Assembly (NCBI GenBank): GCA_965219385.1
Contig: CBDCNM010000002.1
Coordinates: 3,854,305 to 3,918,304 of the forward strand
Direction: 5' to 3'
Length of the DNA stretch: 64,000 bases
Source: Candidatus Latescibacterota bacterium
Lineage (GTDB): Bacteria; Latescibacterota; UBA2968; UBA8231
Of this stretch, positions 1 to 8,315 are shown in pieces (the first letter of the stretch is position 1; each line of letters opens with the position of its first letter). The notes beneath the pieces are model-generated. The model worked only from the letters and a program-made list of their open reading frames with translations, ran no database searches and was not told where the DNA came from. The position numbers and the translations under genes are program-made.

Positions 1-958
1 AGTCTCTACCCTCATCTCCGATGGACAGGTCATGTGGCACGAAATCCACATGGGCGGTAAGATACAGGTCATCAAGTACGATCTGCCCACTCTGGACGCA
101 GATACCGAGGCCAATATCGGTGGCCTTGGCATCTGGGGCTCACTGAATCCCCAAAGGTTCGAGGCCCTCAAGGATACAATCGTGCGCACTCAAGATATCA
201 GGATACTCGATATCGCTGAAAACGCCGGGACCCCGGTCTACCTGGTCGAGGTCAGGCCCAAGCCTCAGAGCGGTTTTGGGGTGGGCGGCCGGACCGAGGT
301 CCTGCTGGGGGTCGAGGATGTATTTATCCGCGCCATAGCGACCTATGACGAGGCCGGCAACAGCCAGACCGAACTGATCCTGGACGAACTGGAATTTAAT
401 GTAGAGATAGAGGATACTCTATTCGCCTATATTCCTCCGGAGGGGGTGGCGATAGAGGATGGCAATGCCATGTTGAATCAGCCGACAGAGGTGACCCCAC
501 CGCCGGAGGTAAAGCGGCGGGGCCTCCTGCACAATGAGGCCCCGGATTTTACCCTCGAGGCTCTGGAGGGGAAAAAGATAAATCTAAAGTCCCTGCGCGG
601 AAAAACCGTCCTGATCGACTTCTGGGCCACCTGGTGCGCACCGTGTCTCATGGCCATGCCGCACATTCAGAAAATCCACGAAGACTTCAAAGAACAGGGT
701 CTGGTGGTTCTGGGGATAAACTCGGAACCAGCCGCAAAGGCACGGAACTACATGGAGCGAAAAGGCTATAACTTCACCAATCTAATAGACGAGGACCACA
801 AGGTGTCGAAGCTCTACCAGGTGCGGGGTCTTCCGACCACCCTGATCATCGACAAAGAGGGCGTGGTGCAGCACTACCTGATGGGCTATCGGCCCGAAAG
901 GGCGGTGCGGGCCGCCCTGGCTCAGACCGGCGTTTCTCTGCCCGGAAGGCATGAATAA
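1..958 (+). CDS. LolA-like N-terminal domain fused to TlpA/redoxin thiol-disulfide oxidoreductase (5' truncated by window edge)
   Basis: Frame is open from the window start (VSTLISDGQVMW, like LolA 'isDGktlW'); the LolA-like part ends 'FNVEIEDTLFAYIPPEGV'; the C-terminal part has APDFTL...DFWATWCAPC, the TlpA CxxC motif. Confidence 0.8.
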   Translation, partial: VSTLISDGQVMWHEIHMGGKIQVIKYDLPTLDADTEANIGGLGIWGSLNPQRFEALKDTIVRTQDIRILDIAENAGTPVYLVEVRPKPQSGFGVGGRTEVLLGVEDVFIRAIATYDEAGNSQTELILDELEFNVEIEDTLFAYIPPEGVAIEDGNAMLNQPTEVTPPPEVKRRGLLHNEAPDFTLEALEGKKINLKSLRGKTVLIDFWATWCAPCLMAMPHIQKIHEDFKEQGLVVLGINSEPAAKARNYMERKGYNFTNLIDEDHKVSKLYQVRGLPTTLIIDKEGVVQHYLMGYRPERAVRAALAQTGVSLPGRHE

Positions 959-1008
959 TGCCCGAAGCAAAATTCAGGGTGCCCCCCGAGATCCCCTTTT
1001 CAATTTAC

Positions 1009-1172
1009 GTAACCGTTCACAGTTTTCAAAATCCTGACGATTGGGCCCAAGATGTGGTAGATTCTCTCAGTGAGACCACAAGCAGCGACGTCTATCAAGC
1101 TTGTTAAGCTACAAGATATAGTGGACTGTCCAGCGAAATGATACAATTTTCCAGAATCCCGTGAACGGTTGC
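1009..1172. mobile_element. Putative 164-bp MITE / non-autonomous IS remnant
   Basis: Terminal inverted repeats GTAACCGTTCAC (1009-1020) and GTGAACGGTTGC (1161-1172), 11/12 match. Flanks ATTTAC and ATTTAT form an imperfect 6-bp duplication. No ORF of 60 aa or more inside. Confidence 0.5.
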
Positions 1173-1202
1173 ATTTATTTTTTACCCGCGCTAAACTTTT
1201 TC

Positions 1203-1232
1203 TTGACAGCGCTTTTACCGCTTCGCTATACT
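1203..1232 (+). promoter_or_regulatory. Sigma70-type promoter
   Basis: TTGACA (1203-1208), 18-bp spacer, TATACT (1227-1232). Confidence 0.6.
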
Positions 1233-1725
1233 TTCTGCTGATTCCTTAAAGCAGAGCCGGCTGTTTTGCCCGTCACAGGACGGACTGGAAGATGGTAAAC
1301 AACCCAACCACTGAGAGGCCGTTGCCGCAGGTAGAGCCTGCCGCGGTGGTCGCATCCTGTTTCCAGGCGCAAAACGCCGCTGACATCAATTGTTCTAACT
1401 CGTTAGAAAACAAAGAGTTATCCCCCCCATTTTTTTAGCCGTTAGGCTCCGATTTCTCAGGCTCCATCAAGGGCCAGCTAATCGGCACTCCATTCGGTGC
1501 CGGGCTGGCAGTAGGCTGTACGGCGCTCTTTCCACGGCGTCGTATGCCTTGGGAGTTCTGCGTCCGTGTGCGCCGAGGACTCGCAAGCGTTGCCCGGTAT
1601 GCCCATTAAGCAAAGAGGCGGCTGGGATCGGCACCGCACGCGCTGAGGGCGGCTAACAAGAGGTCTGTGCTGTTTTTTGTAGATGCGCTGCGGATGAATC
1701 CGCGCCCACCAAGGGAGTACCTGAG

Positions 1726-2610
1726 ATGAAAAAGCCCCGGCTGTTCAACGTCGCTCTCTTGTTGGTCGCGGTCCTGTCCGTGCCGGCCAGCCATGCCCAG
1801 GACAGTGAGGACACCCGCGTCGACTCGCTGGTGTCCATCTCCCTCGCCGACGGCACCTTGGTCGAAGGCACCATCATCCAGGAAACCGAAACCCACATCC
1901 TCGTCGAAACGCTGGTCGGCCTGGAAGTAAAGGTACCGAGAACGTCCATCGTCGCCATAAAAAAGCGCCGCGCCGGAGCCTTCTCCCGTCCCGACCCTAA
2001 CTACACCCGCCTGATGTTCGCACCTACTGGCAGGCCATTGCGCCGAGGGGATCGCTATTTCTTCAATCACTACGTACTCTTCCCCGGCATGGCCTACGGC
2101 TTCACCGACCGCTTTGGCGTGGCAGGGGGCCTGTCCGTAATTCCGGGGTTGGGGTTGAGCGAGCAAATCCTGTCAGTGGCCCCCAAGTTCGGCCTCTACG
2201 ATAGCGGCGACCTCGCCCTTTCCGCGGGCGTACTCTATATGAATTTCGCCAACGAAGGGGCCGGAGGCATGGCCTTTGCGGTGGGGACCAAAGGCAGCCC
2301 CGACAAGAGCATCACCTGCGGCATCGGTCTGGGCTACATCGCCGAGGAAGGCGAGGCCGTGGATTTCGCCGAGCACCCGGTCCTCCTTCTCGGCGGCAAT
2401 ATCCGTCTCTCCGAAAGCACGGCCTTGGTCTCGGAAAACTGGCTCATTACCGGCCAGGATCTCGGGCTTGATCAACAGCCACTGGGCCTTGCTCTACGCT
2501 TTTTCGGCTCCAGGATAGCTGTTGATGTCGGTGCCATTATCGTCGGCGAGGCCCTCAAAGAAGGATTTCCCATCCCCTGGCTCTCCTTCGTCTACAACTT
2601 CGGCGACTAA
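1726..2610 (+). CDS. Exported, probably outer-membrane beta-barrel, hypothetical protein
   Basis: Signal peptide ending ASHA-Q, RBS AGGGAG, amphipathic beta strands and an aromatic C-terminus (WLSFVYNFGD). Confidence 0.7.
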   Translation: MKKPRLFNVALLLVAVLSVPASHAQDSEDTRVDSLVSISLADGTLVEGTIIQETETHILVETLVGLEVKVPRTSIVAIKKRRAGAFSRPDPNYTRLMFAPTGRPLRRGDRYFFNHYVLFPGMAYGFTDRFGVAGGLSVIPGLGLSEQILSVAPKFGLYDSGDLALSAGVLYMNFANEGAGGMAFAVGTKGSPDKSITCGIGLGYIAEEGEAVDFAEHPVLLLGGNIRLSESTALVSENWLITGQDLGLDQQPLGLALRFFGSRIAVDVGAIIVGEALKEGFPIPWLSFVYNFGD

Positions 2611-2676
2611 GCTCAGTTGACCTCATGGAGGAAGCATTGACCCTGCGCGTGCCTCTTGTCATGCTGCAATATTGAT

Positions 2677-3066
2677 ATGATTTCGGCGTACCAGATAAAA
2701 CCGAAGTTTCAGCAACTTCTGAAGCCATTGCTGAACGTGTTGCATAAAGCCGGTGTCAGCGCCAATAGCATTACCTGGACGGCCATACTTTTGTCGACTG
2801 TCATCGGGGTCCTGTTCTGGTTCTTTCCCAATGGGCATATGCTCTGGATATTTGCCGTTGGTCTACTGGTGAGAATGGCCTTGAATACCCTCGATGGGAT
2901 GATGGCCCGAATGCATGACATGGCAAGCGTTTCAGGGGAAATATTGAACGAGCTGGGCGATGTTTTCTCCGACGCAGTAATGTTCTTCCCCCTGGTAAAG
3001 CTGACAGGTGTAAATTCATGGTGCGTGCTGTCGTTCATTTCATCCCTTGGGTCTGATACCCCGTAG
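2677..3066 (+). pseudogene. CDP-alcohol phosphatidyltransferase (YnbA-like), 3' truncated at the IS200 left end
   Basis: MISAYQIKPKFQQLL...RMALNTLDGMMAR...GEILNELGDVFSD carries the CDP-alcohol phosphotransferase motif. The frame runs into the IS end at ~3041 and the C-terminal third is not found beyond the IS. Confidence 0.8.
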
Positions 3067-3589
3067 CTTGCTACGCTCCCGTGTGAGGCACTATACTCCT
3101 CCTCATGAGCGCGCATATTTTCAAGAGCCACAAGGTCTCACTTTTGGTCTACCCCCTCGTTTGCCCGGCCCAATACCGGAGGGTCGTGTTCAACCCAGAG
3201 GTGGATGCGGTATTGCAGAATATTTGTGTAGAGCTTTCGGATCGCTATGAGATCCGATTTTTGGAGATTGGTACCGATAAAGATCATGTCCATTTCCTCG
3301 TCCAGTCGGTGCCCACCTATAGTCCGAAGAAAATCGTCCAGGTGATCAAAAGTTTGACGGCTCGGGAAGTCTTCAAGCGGCTCCCTGCTATCAAACAACA
3401 GCTATGGGGCGGTCCGTTTTGGTCGGACGGCTATTACATAGCTACCGTAGGCCAGCATGTCCGTGAAGATGTGGTCCGCCAATATGTTAAAAAACAAGGC
3501 ACTCAGGCCGATTACAAGTAGTTACATCAGGAGCAACTGTCGCTATTCTAACTCCTGATACCCCGCAGCTTGCTGCGGGAAGGCTTCAT
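3041..3589 (+). mobile_element. IS200-group element (IS200/IS605 family), TnpA only; boundaries approximate
   Basis: The same subterminal hairpin motif CTGATACCCCG(T/C)AGCTTGCT(A/G)CG occurs at 3053-3075 and 3555-3577, flanking a Y1 transposase. The right end finishes ...GGCTTCAT. Confidence 0.85.
3105..3521 (+). CDS. tnpA: IS200/IS605 Y1 (HUH) transposase with premature stop 10 codons before the likely natural end (3551)
   Basis: HUH motif DHVHFL, LWGGPFWSDGYY and catalytic YVKKQ are present. After TAG at 3519-3521 the frame continues LHQEQLSLF-stop. Confidence 0.9.
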   Translation: MSAHIFKSHKVSLLVYPLVCPAQYRRVVFNPEVDAVLQNICVELSDRYEIRFLEIGTDKDHVHFLVQSVPTYSPKKIVQVIKSLTAREVFKRLPAIKQQLWGGPFWSDGYYIATVGQHVREDVVRQYVKKQGTQADYK

Positions 3590-3591
3590 TT

Positions 3592-4347
3592 CTACGGCCT
3601 TGACGAACCGCGGTCAGATCCTCCAGTTGGAGGAAAAGCAGTGCCCTCTCGCGGCTCGTAGCCCAGGACCTGGCGCGAGATCTCCAGGTCCATCCAGGAG
3701 CGCTTGTGGCGCGAAATCCCGTGGACAATGGCAAAGTCCACCCCTTCCACGTCCACGCAGCGGCCAAAGAGCTGGGCGGTGTCCCGCGGACTGATCTGGG
3801 CACACAACTCGTCTGCGTCCCAGTCCCCACCCTGGTCAAAGACGGGGCTGCCCAGGCGCACGCAGATACAGGAGAGGTGGTGCCGGTCCGAGTAGACCCG
3901 GGCCAGGGCCTCGCCCCAGCACTTGGTGGCCCCGTACACATTCTGCGGGTACACCGGCGCCTCCCACGGGGTGGCGTCCTGGGTGTTGTAGCCCAGTATG
4001 GCCTGCCCACTGCTGGCGAACACGATCCGCCGGCAGCCGGCCTGGTGCGCGGCCTGAAAGGCATTGTAGGCGCCGATGACGTTCAGGGGCAGGAGGGTCT
4101 GGTAGAATTCTGCATTCGGGTTGGGGTCGGCTGCCAGGTGGACCAGGGTATCCATGTCGGCACAGGCTTTGAGAAACGAGTCGTAGCGGGCGATGTCGAC
4201 CTCGAGGTACTCTTCGTGGCCGGCCAGGTCTTGGAGCGGGCGGATATCGGCCAGGCGGAGCAGGTAGCGGTCCCCCCAGTGGGAGCGCAGAATGCTTCCT
4301 ACCATACCGGCGGCTCCGGTGAGCAAAACCCTCGGTTTTTCCGCCAT
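3592..4347 (-). CDS. NAD-dependent epimerase/dehydratase (uronate dehydrogenase-like extended SDR)
   Basis: LTGAAGMVG Rossmann motif, HLAADP, FASS and YGATK. Confidence 0.85.
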   Translation of the reverse strand: MAEKPRVLLTGAAGMVGSILRSHWGDRYLLRLADIRPLQDLAGHEEYLEVDIARYDSFLKACADMDTLVHLAADPNPNAEFYQTLLPLNVIGAYNAFQAAHQAGCRRIVFASSGQAILGYNTQDATPWEAPVYPQNVYGATKCWGEALARVYSDRHHLSCICVRLGSPVFDQGGDWDADELCAQISPRDTAQLFGRCVDVEGVDFAIVHGISRHKRSWMDLEISRQVLGYEPREGTAFPPTGGSDRGSSRP

Positions 4348-4394
4348 GCCTGAATTTCCTTTCCGCGCCTGGAGGTGTGGGCGCGCCCTGCGAA

Positions 4395-4423
4395 AGGATA
4401 GGCCCCTGGAGAAAGGGCGTCAA
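4395..4423 (-). promoter_or_regulatory. Sigma70-type promoter for the epimerase gene
   Basis: Minus strand TTGACG-N17-TATCCT. Shares the 14-mer GAAAGGGCGTCAAG with the promoter at 42465-42493. Confidence 0.5.
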
Positions 4424-5799
4424 GGACTGGAGTCTGGACGGGGGCCGATCCGGGCATCGGCGTCTTCGAAGTTCCAGCGGTGCCGCGAAGCCCGGGCCTC
4501 ATCGATACTCACCCTGGCCAGCAACACGGCACCGGCGATGAAGAGTAGGATCACCGACAGGATGGCGTAGCGGGCAGAGCCGGTAACGTCGCTTACCACC
4601 CCAAAAATAAGCGGTCCCCAGATGGCGGAAAACTTGGAGAAGACCGAGTAGAAGCCGTAGAATTCGGCGGCCGCGGCCGCGGGGATCATCGACCCGTAAA
4701 GGCTGCGGCTGAGCGCCTGGGTGCCTCCCAGAACCAGGCCCACGAAAGCCCCCAAAATCAGGAATCGGATCCACGCTCCCTGCGGCAGGAAGTAGGCATT
4801 GACGACCAGCAGGCTCCACAGGACCAGCGAGATTAGCACGGCGCGCTGGGCGCCGACGCGGTCGGCCAGCCTCCCGAAGAGAAGCGCTCCGAAAAAGGCG
4901 ACGATCTGGATTACCAGCATGGCCACCATGATGACTACAACTCCCAGCTCAAGGGTGCTGATGGCATAGGCCGAGGCCATATTGATCACTGTTTGGACCC
5001 CGTCGTTGTAGACCATGTAGGCCACCAGAAACAGGGTCAGCTGCTTGAAAGACAGGAGTTTGCGTGCGGTGGCCCAGGTGCGTTCGAAGCCCACCCTGGC
5101 ATAGGCGATGGGCCCGGGGAGATTGCCATACCTTGCGGGCAATGGCTGGCGTTGGCCGGTCTCCCGCAAACGGGCAAAGGCGAATATCGAGAACCCGAAC
5201 CACCACAAGCCGACCATGGCCAGGGAGAGTTTGACGCCGAGCATCCTGGAAATTCCCAGCATCTCATGGCCTGCCACCAGCCCCAGCGACAGGGCGAATT
5301 GCAGCCCGCCACCAAGGTAACCAAACGCGTAGCCTTTGGCAGAGACCCTGTCGATGGTATCCGGGGTTGTGAGATCGGGCAGGAAGCCATCGTAAAAGAC
5401 ATTGGCGCTGACAAAACCCATCTGGGTGATGAGGAACAGCACCATGGTCAGGGCCACGTCACCGCTTCCGACCAGACACAGCAGGGTGGCAAACAGCGCG
5501 CCGCCGTAGGCGAAGACGCGGAGGAAGCGTTTCTTGGCGGCCGAGAAGTCGGCAACCGCTCCCAGGATCGGCGCCAGCAGGAATACCAGGAAGGCGGCAA
5601 AGCTGACCAGGTAGCCCCACAGGGTTTCGCCGTCGTAGAGGCGGCCGAAGATAGAGTAACCTTCCTCCGGGACGATCGATAGGACGAAAAAGGCCGGCAG
5701 GAGCGCCGCCATCGTGGTGGTGGCGTAAGCCGAGTTGGCCCAGTCGTACATGGCCCACCCGAAGATGGTTCTGCGATCGTTTTTAATCTCTGTTTCCAC
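4420..5799 (-). CDS. MFS transporter, UMF1/Atg22-like family
   Basis: GWAMYDWANSAY, GYAFGYLGG, YNDGV and GGTQALSRS motifs; about 12 hydrophobic helices. Confidence 0.9.
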   Translation of the reverse strand: METEIKNDRRTIFGWAMYDWANSAYATTTMAALLPAFFVLSIVPEEGYSIFGRLYDGETLWGYLVSFAAFLVFLLAPILGAVADFSAAKKRFLRVFAYGGALFATLLCLVGSGDVALTMVLFLITQMGFVSANVFYDGFLPDLTTPDTIDRVSAKGYAFGYLGGGLQFALSLGLVAGHEMLGISRMLGVKLSLAMVGLWWFGFSIFAFARLRETGQRQPLPARYGNLPGPIAYARVGFERTWATARKLLSFKQLTLFLVAYMVYNDGVQTVINMASAYAISTLELGVVVIMVAMLVIQIVAFFGALLFGRLADRVGAQRAVLISLVLWSLLVVNAYFLPQGAWIRFLILGAFVGLVLGGTQALSRSLYGSMIPAAAAAEFYGFYSVFSKFSAIWGPLIFGVVSDVTGSARYAILSVILLFIAGAVLLARVSIDEARASRHRWNFEDADARIGPRPDSSP

Positions 5800-5802
5800 G
5801 TT

Positions 5803-7155
5803 CTAACTCTTTCCGTCGTCAGGTTGTAAGCTGATGAGATAGCGCTCTTTAAGGGCGTCCAGATCGCGCAGCAGCAGAGTGCGTTCCGCGGCCAGACGGC
5901 CCAGATAGTGGTTGCGCTTGCGCGGGGCTATCAGGTTTTGCCACAGGGGCCATTTCTGCAGGATCCACTCGTTGTAGAACAGGGTGAAAAGACCGCTGAG
6001 CGGCAGGCTACAACCATAGAGCAGGGCCGTGGAACCCCCGGCGAGTAGATGCGCGATGGTCGCAAGCGCCAGGTAGAAGAGCGGAAAAACCGCCGCGCCA
6101 ACCGACAGCTTGATGGTACCGATTATCTCCGGGGTCTGGCGGTAGGGGCGGACGAAGAGCCGGGGGAGAAAGTAGGGCAGGGCATTGTGCGCCAAGCCGT
6201 AGAGGGCCAGGGGAGCCAGCACCACGGCCAGGATCAGGTGGCGCAGGCCGGGAGAGTCCGCCCGCGGCGAAAAGGTGTAGGGCTCGAGACCGAGACGTCT
6301 GAGTTTGCGGTGGTGGGTGCGCAGGCGCGTGGCAAAGGACTGGACCAGGCCCGGATCGGAATCGGCAAAGTGGTGCACTGCCTGAATGATTTCCTGGCCG
6401 GCGCGCAGCTCGCTGCTGAGCGCGGCCGAGTCTGGCAGGTCGGCGGCGATTTGCTCGGTGTAGATGGAGGCCAGGTCGCGGATGATTTTTTCCAGGTCCG
6501 GGTTGTCGACATGCCAGGTGAGGCCGATCAGGCGCTGGTGCAACAGGTCGGTCAAGGCGCGGGCCCCGGCGCTGTGGTTGGCCCGGTAGGCCGGCAGGAA
6601 GGCGGTCGCCTCGATGGCCGCGCCGAAGTGTACGGCGACCTCGCTGCGGAACAGGCCCGGGTCCGAGTAGGTAAGGCCCACCGGCACGATGCACACTCCG
6701 GTCGCTCCAGCGGCCATGTCTTCCACCCGCAGGGCGATCCGCGCGCCCCCGGGTTTGAGGTTGCGCACCTTGAAGGCGGCATGGCTCAGACCTTCGGGGA
6801 AAAGGGCCAGGGAGCGGCCTTTCTGAAGGACCTGGCAGGCCAGGCGCAGCATATCCTGGTTGGATCCGATGCGGGCATCCGAGTCCTGGGCCCGGGATAC
6901 GGGAATCACGCCGAGCCGGCGCAGGAAAAAGGCGTAGAGGGGCCGTTTGAAGAGGGTGCTCTTGCCCAGGAAGTGCGGGGTTTTACCCGGAACGCAAAAC
7001 CCCAGGATCAGGCTATCGAGCATGACGTTGGGGTGGTTGGCCACGAAGATCAGGGGCCGGTCCAGCGGCACTTGGTCGCGGCCTCTGATATCGAGGCGGC
7101 GAAAGAAGAGCCGCAGGGCCAGCCAGATAAGGGGGTAGAGGAGGTGTAACAACAT
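5803..7155 (-). CDS. Lysophospholipid / glycerol-phosphate acyltransferase (PlsC-like) with C-terminal membrane domain
   Basis: NHPNVMLD (HxxxxD), FLGKSTLF and LFPEG motifs; start re-assigned to ATG 7155. Confidence 0.88.
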   Translation of the reverse strand: MLLHLLYPLIWLALRLFFRRLDIRGRDQVPLDRPLIFVANHPNVMLDSLILGFCVPGKTPHFLGKSTLFKRPLYAFFLRRLGVIPVSRAQDSDARIGSNQDMLRLACQVLQKGRSLALFPEGLSHAAFKVRNLKPGGARIALRVEDMAAGATGVCIVPVGLTYSDPGLFRSEVAVHFGAAIEATAFLPAYRANHSAGARALTDLLHQRLIGLTWHVDNPDLEKIIRDLASIYTEQIAADLPDSAALSSELRAGQEIIQAVHHFADSDPGLVQSFATRLRTHHRKLRRLGLEPYTFSPRADSPGLRHLILAVVLAPLALYGLAHNALPYFLPRLFVRPYRQTPEIIGTIKLSVGAAVFPLFYLALATIAHLLAGGSTALLYGCSLPLSGLFTLFYNEWILQKWPLWQNLIAPRKRNHYLGRLAAERTLLLRDLDALKERYLISLQPDDGKS

Positions 7156-7189
7156 GGAGTGGTTCCCCGTCGCAATGGCTGGGATTTTT

Positions 7190-8302
7190 TTAAAACACCT
7201 GGGAGAAGGTGATGTACAGACCGGTGCGGTCGTCCGAGATGCCGTAGTCGGCGCGCACGATGGTGCTGTGCCAGTGGAGGCGCAGGCCGGCCCCGGCGCC
7301 GCTGCGCCAGGTGTCCATGGACGGTCCGTCGGCGCGCTTGAAGATCTGGCCCACATCCCAGAACAGCAGCAGCCCGGTGTAGATGTGCTGCCGCCGGGAC
7401 AGCCGCGGACCCTGCCAGCGGAGTTCGCTGTTGAGCAGGAAACGAGCCTCTCCCCGCACCCTTGAAGCGGCCAGACCGCGCACCGTATTGGAGCCGCCCA
7501 GTGAAAGTTCCCGGTAGAAGGGCACGTTCCCCAAGCTCAGGTCGGCATTGGCCCGGTGGGCCAGGACCAGGCCCTTTAGCAGGGAGTAGAAATGGCGGTG
7601 TTCGCAGCTCAGTTTGACGCCATTGAAGTCGCCGCCCCCGCCCAGGCCGTACTCGATGAAGATTTCTTCCAGGATGCCGCGGGTGCTGTTGGTATAGTCG
7701 TCGCGGGTATCGTAACGCAGGGCGGTATTGACCTGGATCAGGGTGCCTCCCTGGGCTCCGAGAGGATTCAATTCTCTCAGGATGCTGCCCTGGTCCGCGT
7801 TCGGGGTGATCTGGTGGTGGCCCAGCTGGAAACCTGCGCGCAGACGCCAGGGAAACCAAAGGTCGCGGATCCACATCAGGCCCAGGGTGGGGTTGGCCTG
7901 GGCAAAGGTTTTTTGTTCTCGGGTGAGGGTATCCAGCACCTTATCTTCCAGGTCGCCGTAATAATTGGCGAAATCCTCCTTCTCGTACACCACCTCGATT
8001 TGGAAGCGCTGACCAAGACGCGGGTTGGGGGTATCCATGCGCAGGCGATGGACCCATTTTCCCCGGGTGGTAAAAAAGGCCTGGAGGGTGTAGGCGCGCA
8101 CGTAGGGGATGCTCTCGCCATCGTATTCGAACAGGTTGAAGCGCAAGCCCATACCGGTGCCGTGGTCCGAACTGAAGTTGAGCAGGGGGATGGCCGTGGG
8201 TTTGAAGCCCACGGCTTCGTACGGACGTTTGGCGACCGCGACCGGGGCAAGGGCCAGGATCAGGGCGAGCAGCCCTATGCTCGACGGAAAAAACCGCGAC
8301 AT
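7190..8302 (-). CDS. Omp85 (BamA/TamA-family) barrel-only outer membrane protein
   Basis: Signal peptide, YDTRD, LGGSNTVRG (VRGF/Y-like loop), GAGLR and C-terminal Phe. At 370 aa there is no room for POTRA domains. Confidence 0.85.
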   Translation of the reverse strand: MSRFFPSSIGLLALILALAPVAVAKRPYEAVGFKPTAIPLLNFSSDHGTGMGLRFNLFEYDGESIPYVRAYTLQAFFTTRGKWVHRLRMDTPNPRLGQRFQIEVVYEKEDFANYYGDLEDKVLDTLTREQKTFAQANPTLGLMWIRDLWFPWRLRAGFQLGHHQITPNADQGSILRELNPLGAQGGTLIQVNTALRYDTRDDYTNSTRGILEEIFIEYGLGGGGDFNGVKLSCEHRHFYSLLKGLVLAHRANADLSLGNVPFYRELSLGGSNTVRGLAASRVRGEARFLLNSELRWQGPRLSRRQHIYTGLLLFWDVGQIFKRADGPSMDTWRSGAGAGLRLHWHSTIVRADYGISDDRTGLYITFSQVF

Positions 8303-8315
8303 TCCCTCTGCCTTT

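Noticed and set aside
1046..1124. Tandem NrdR-box-like sequences (CCCAAGATGTGG, TACAAGATATAGTG)
   Set aside because: Only a partial match, 64 bp apart, inside a putative MITE and with no ribonucleotide reductase gene nearby.
3519..3521. Amber readthrough or pyrrolysine recoding in tnpA
   Set aside because: TAG serves as a normal stop in several genes here (e.g. 19150, 23059, 31310) and no pyl genes are present; a point mutation is simpler.
3053..3579. The IS200 TnpA as cognate transposase of the 62.5-kb element
   Set aside because: The hairpin sequences differ (CCCCGCAGCTTGCTGCGGG versus CCTACGGCTAAAGCCGTGGG), so shared recognition is unsupported.
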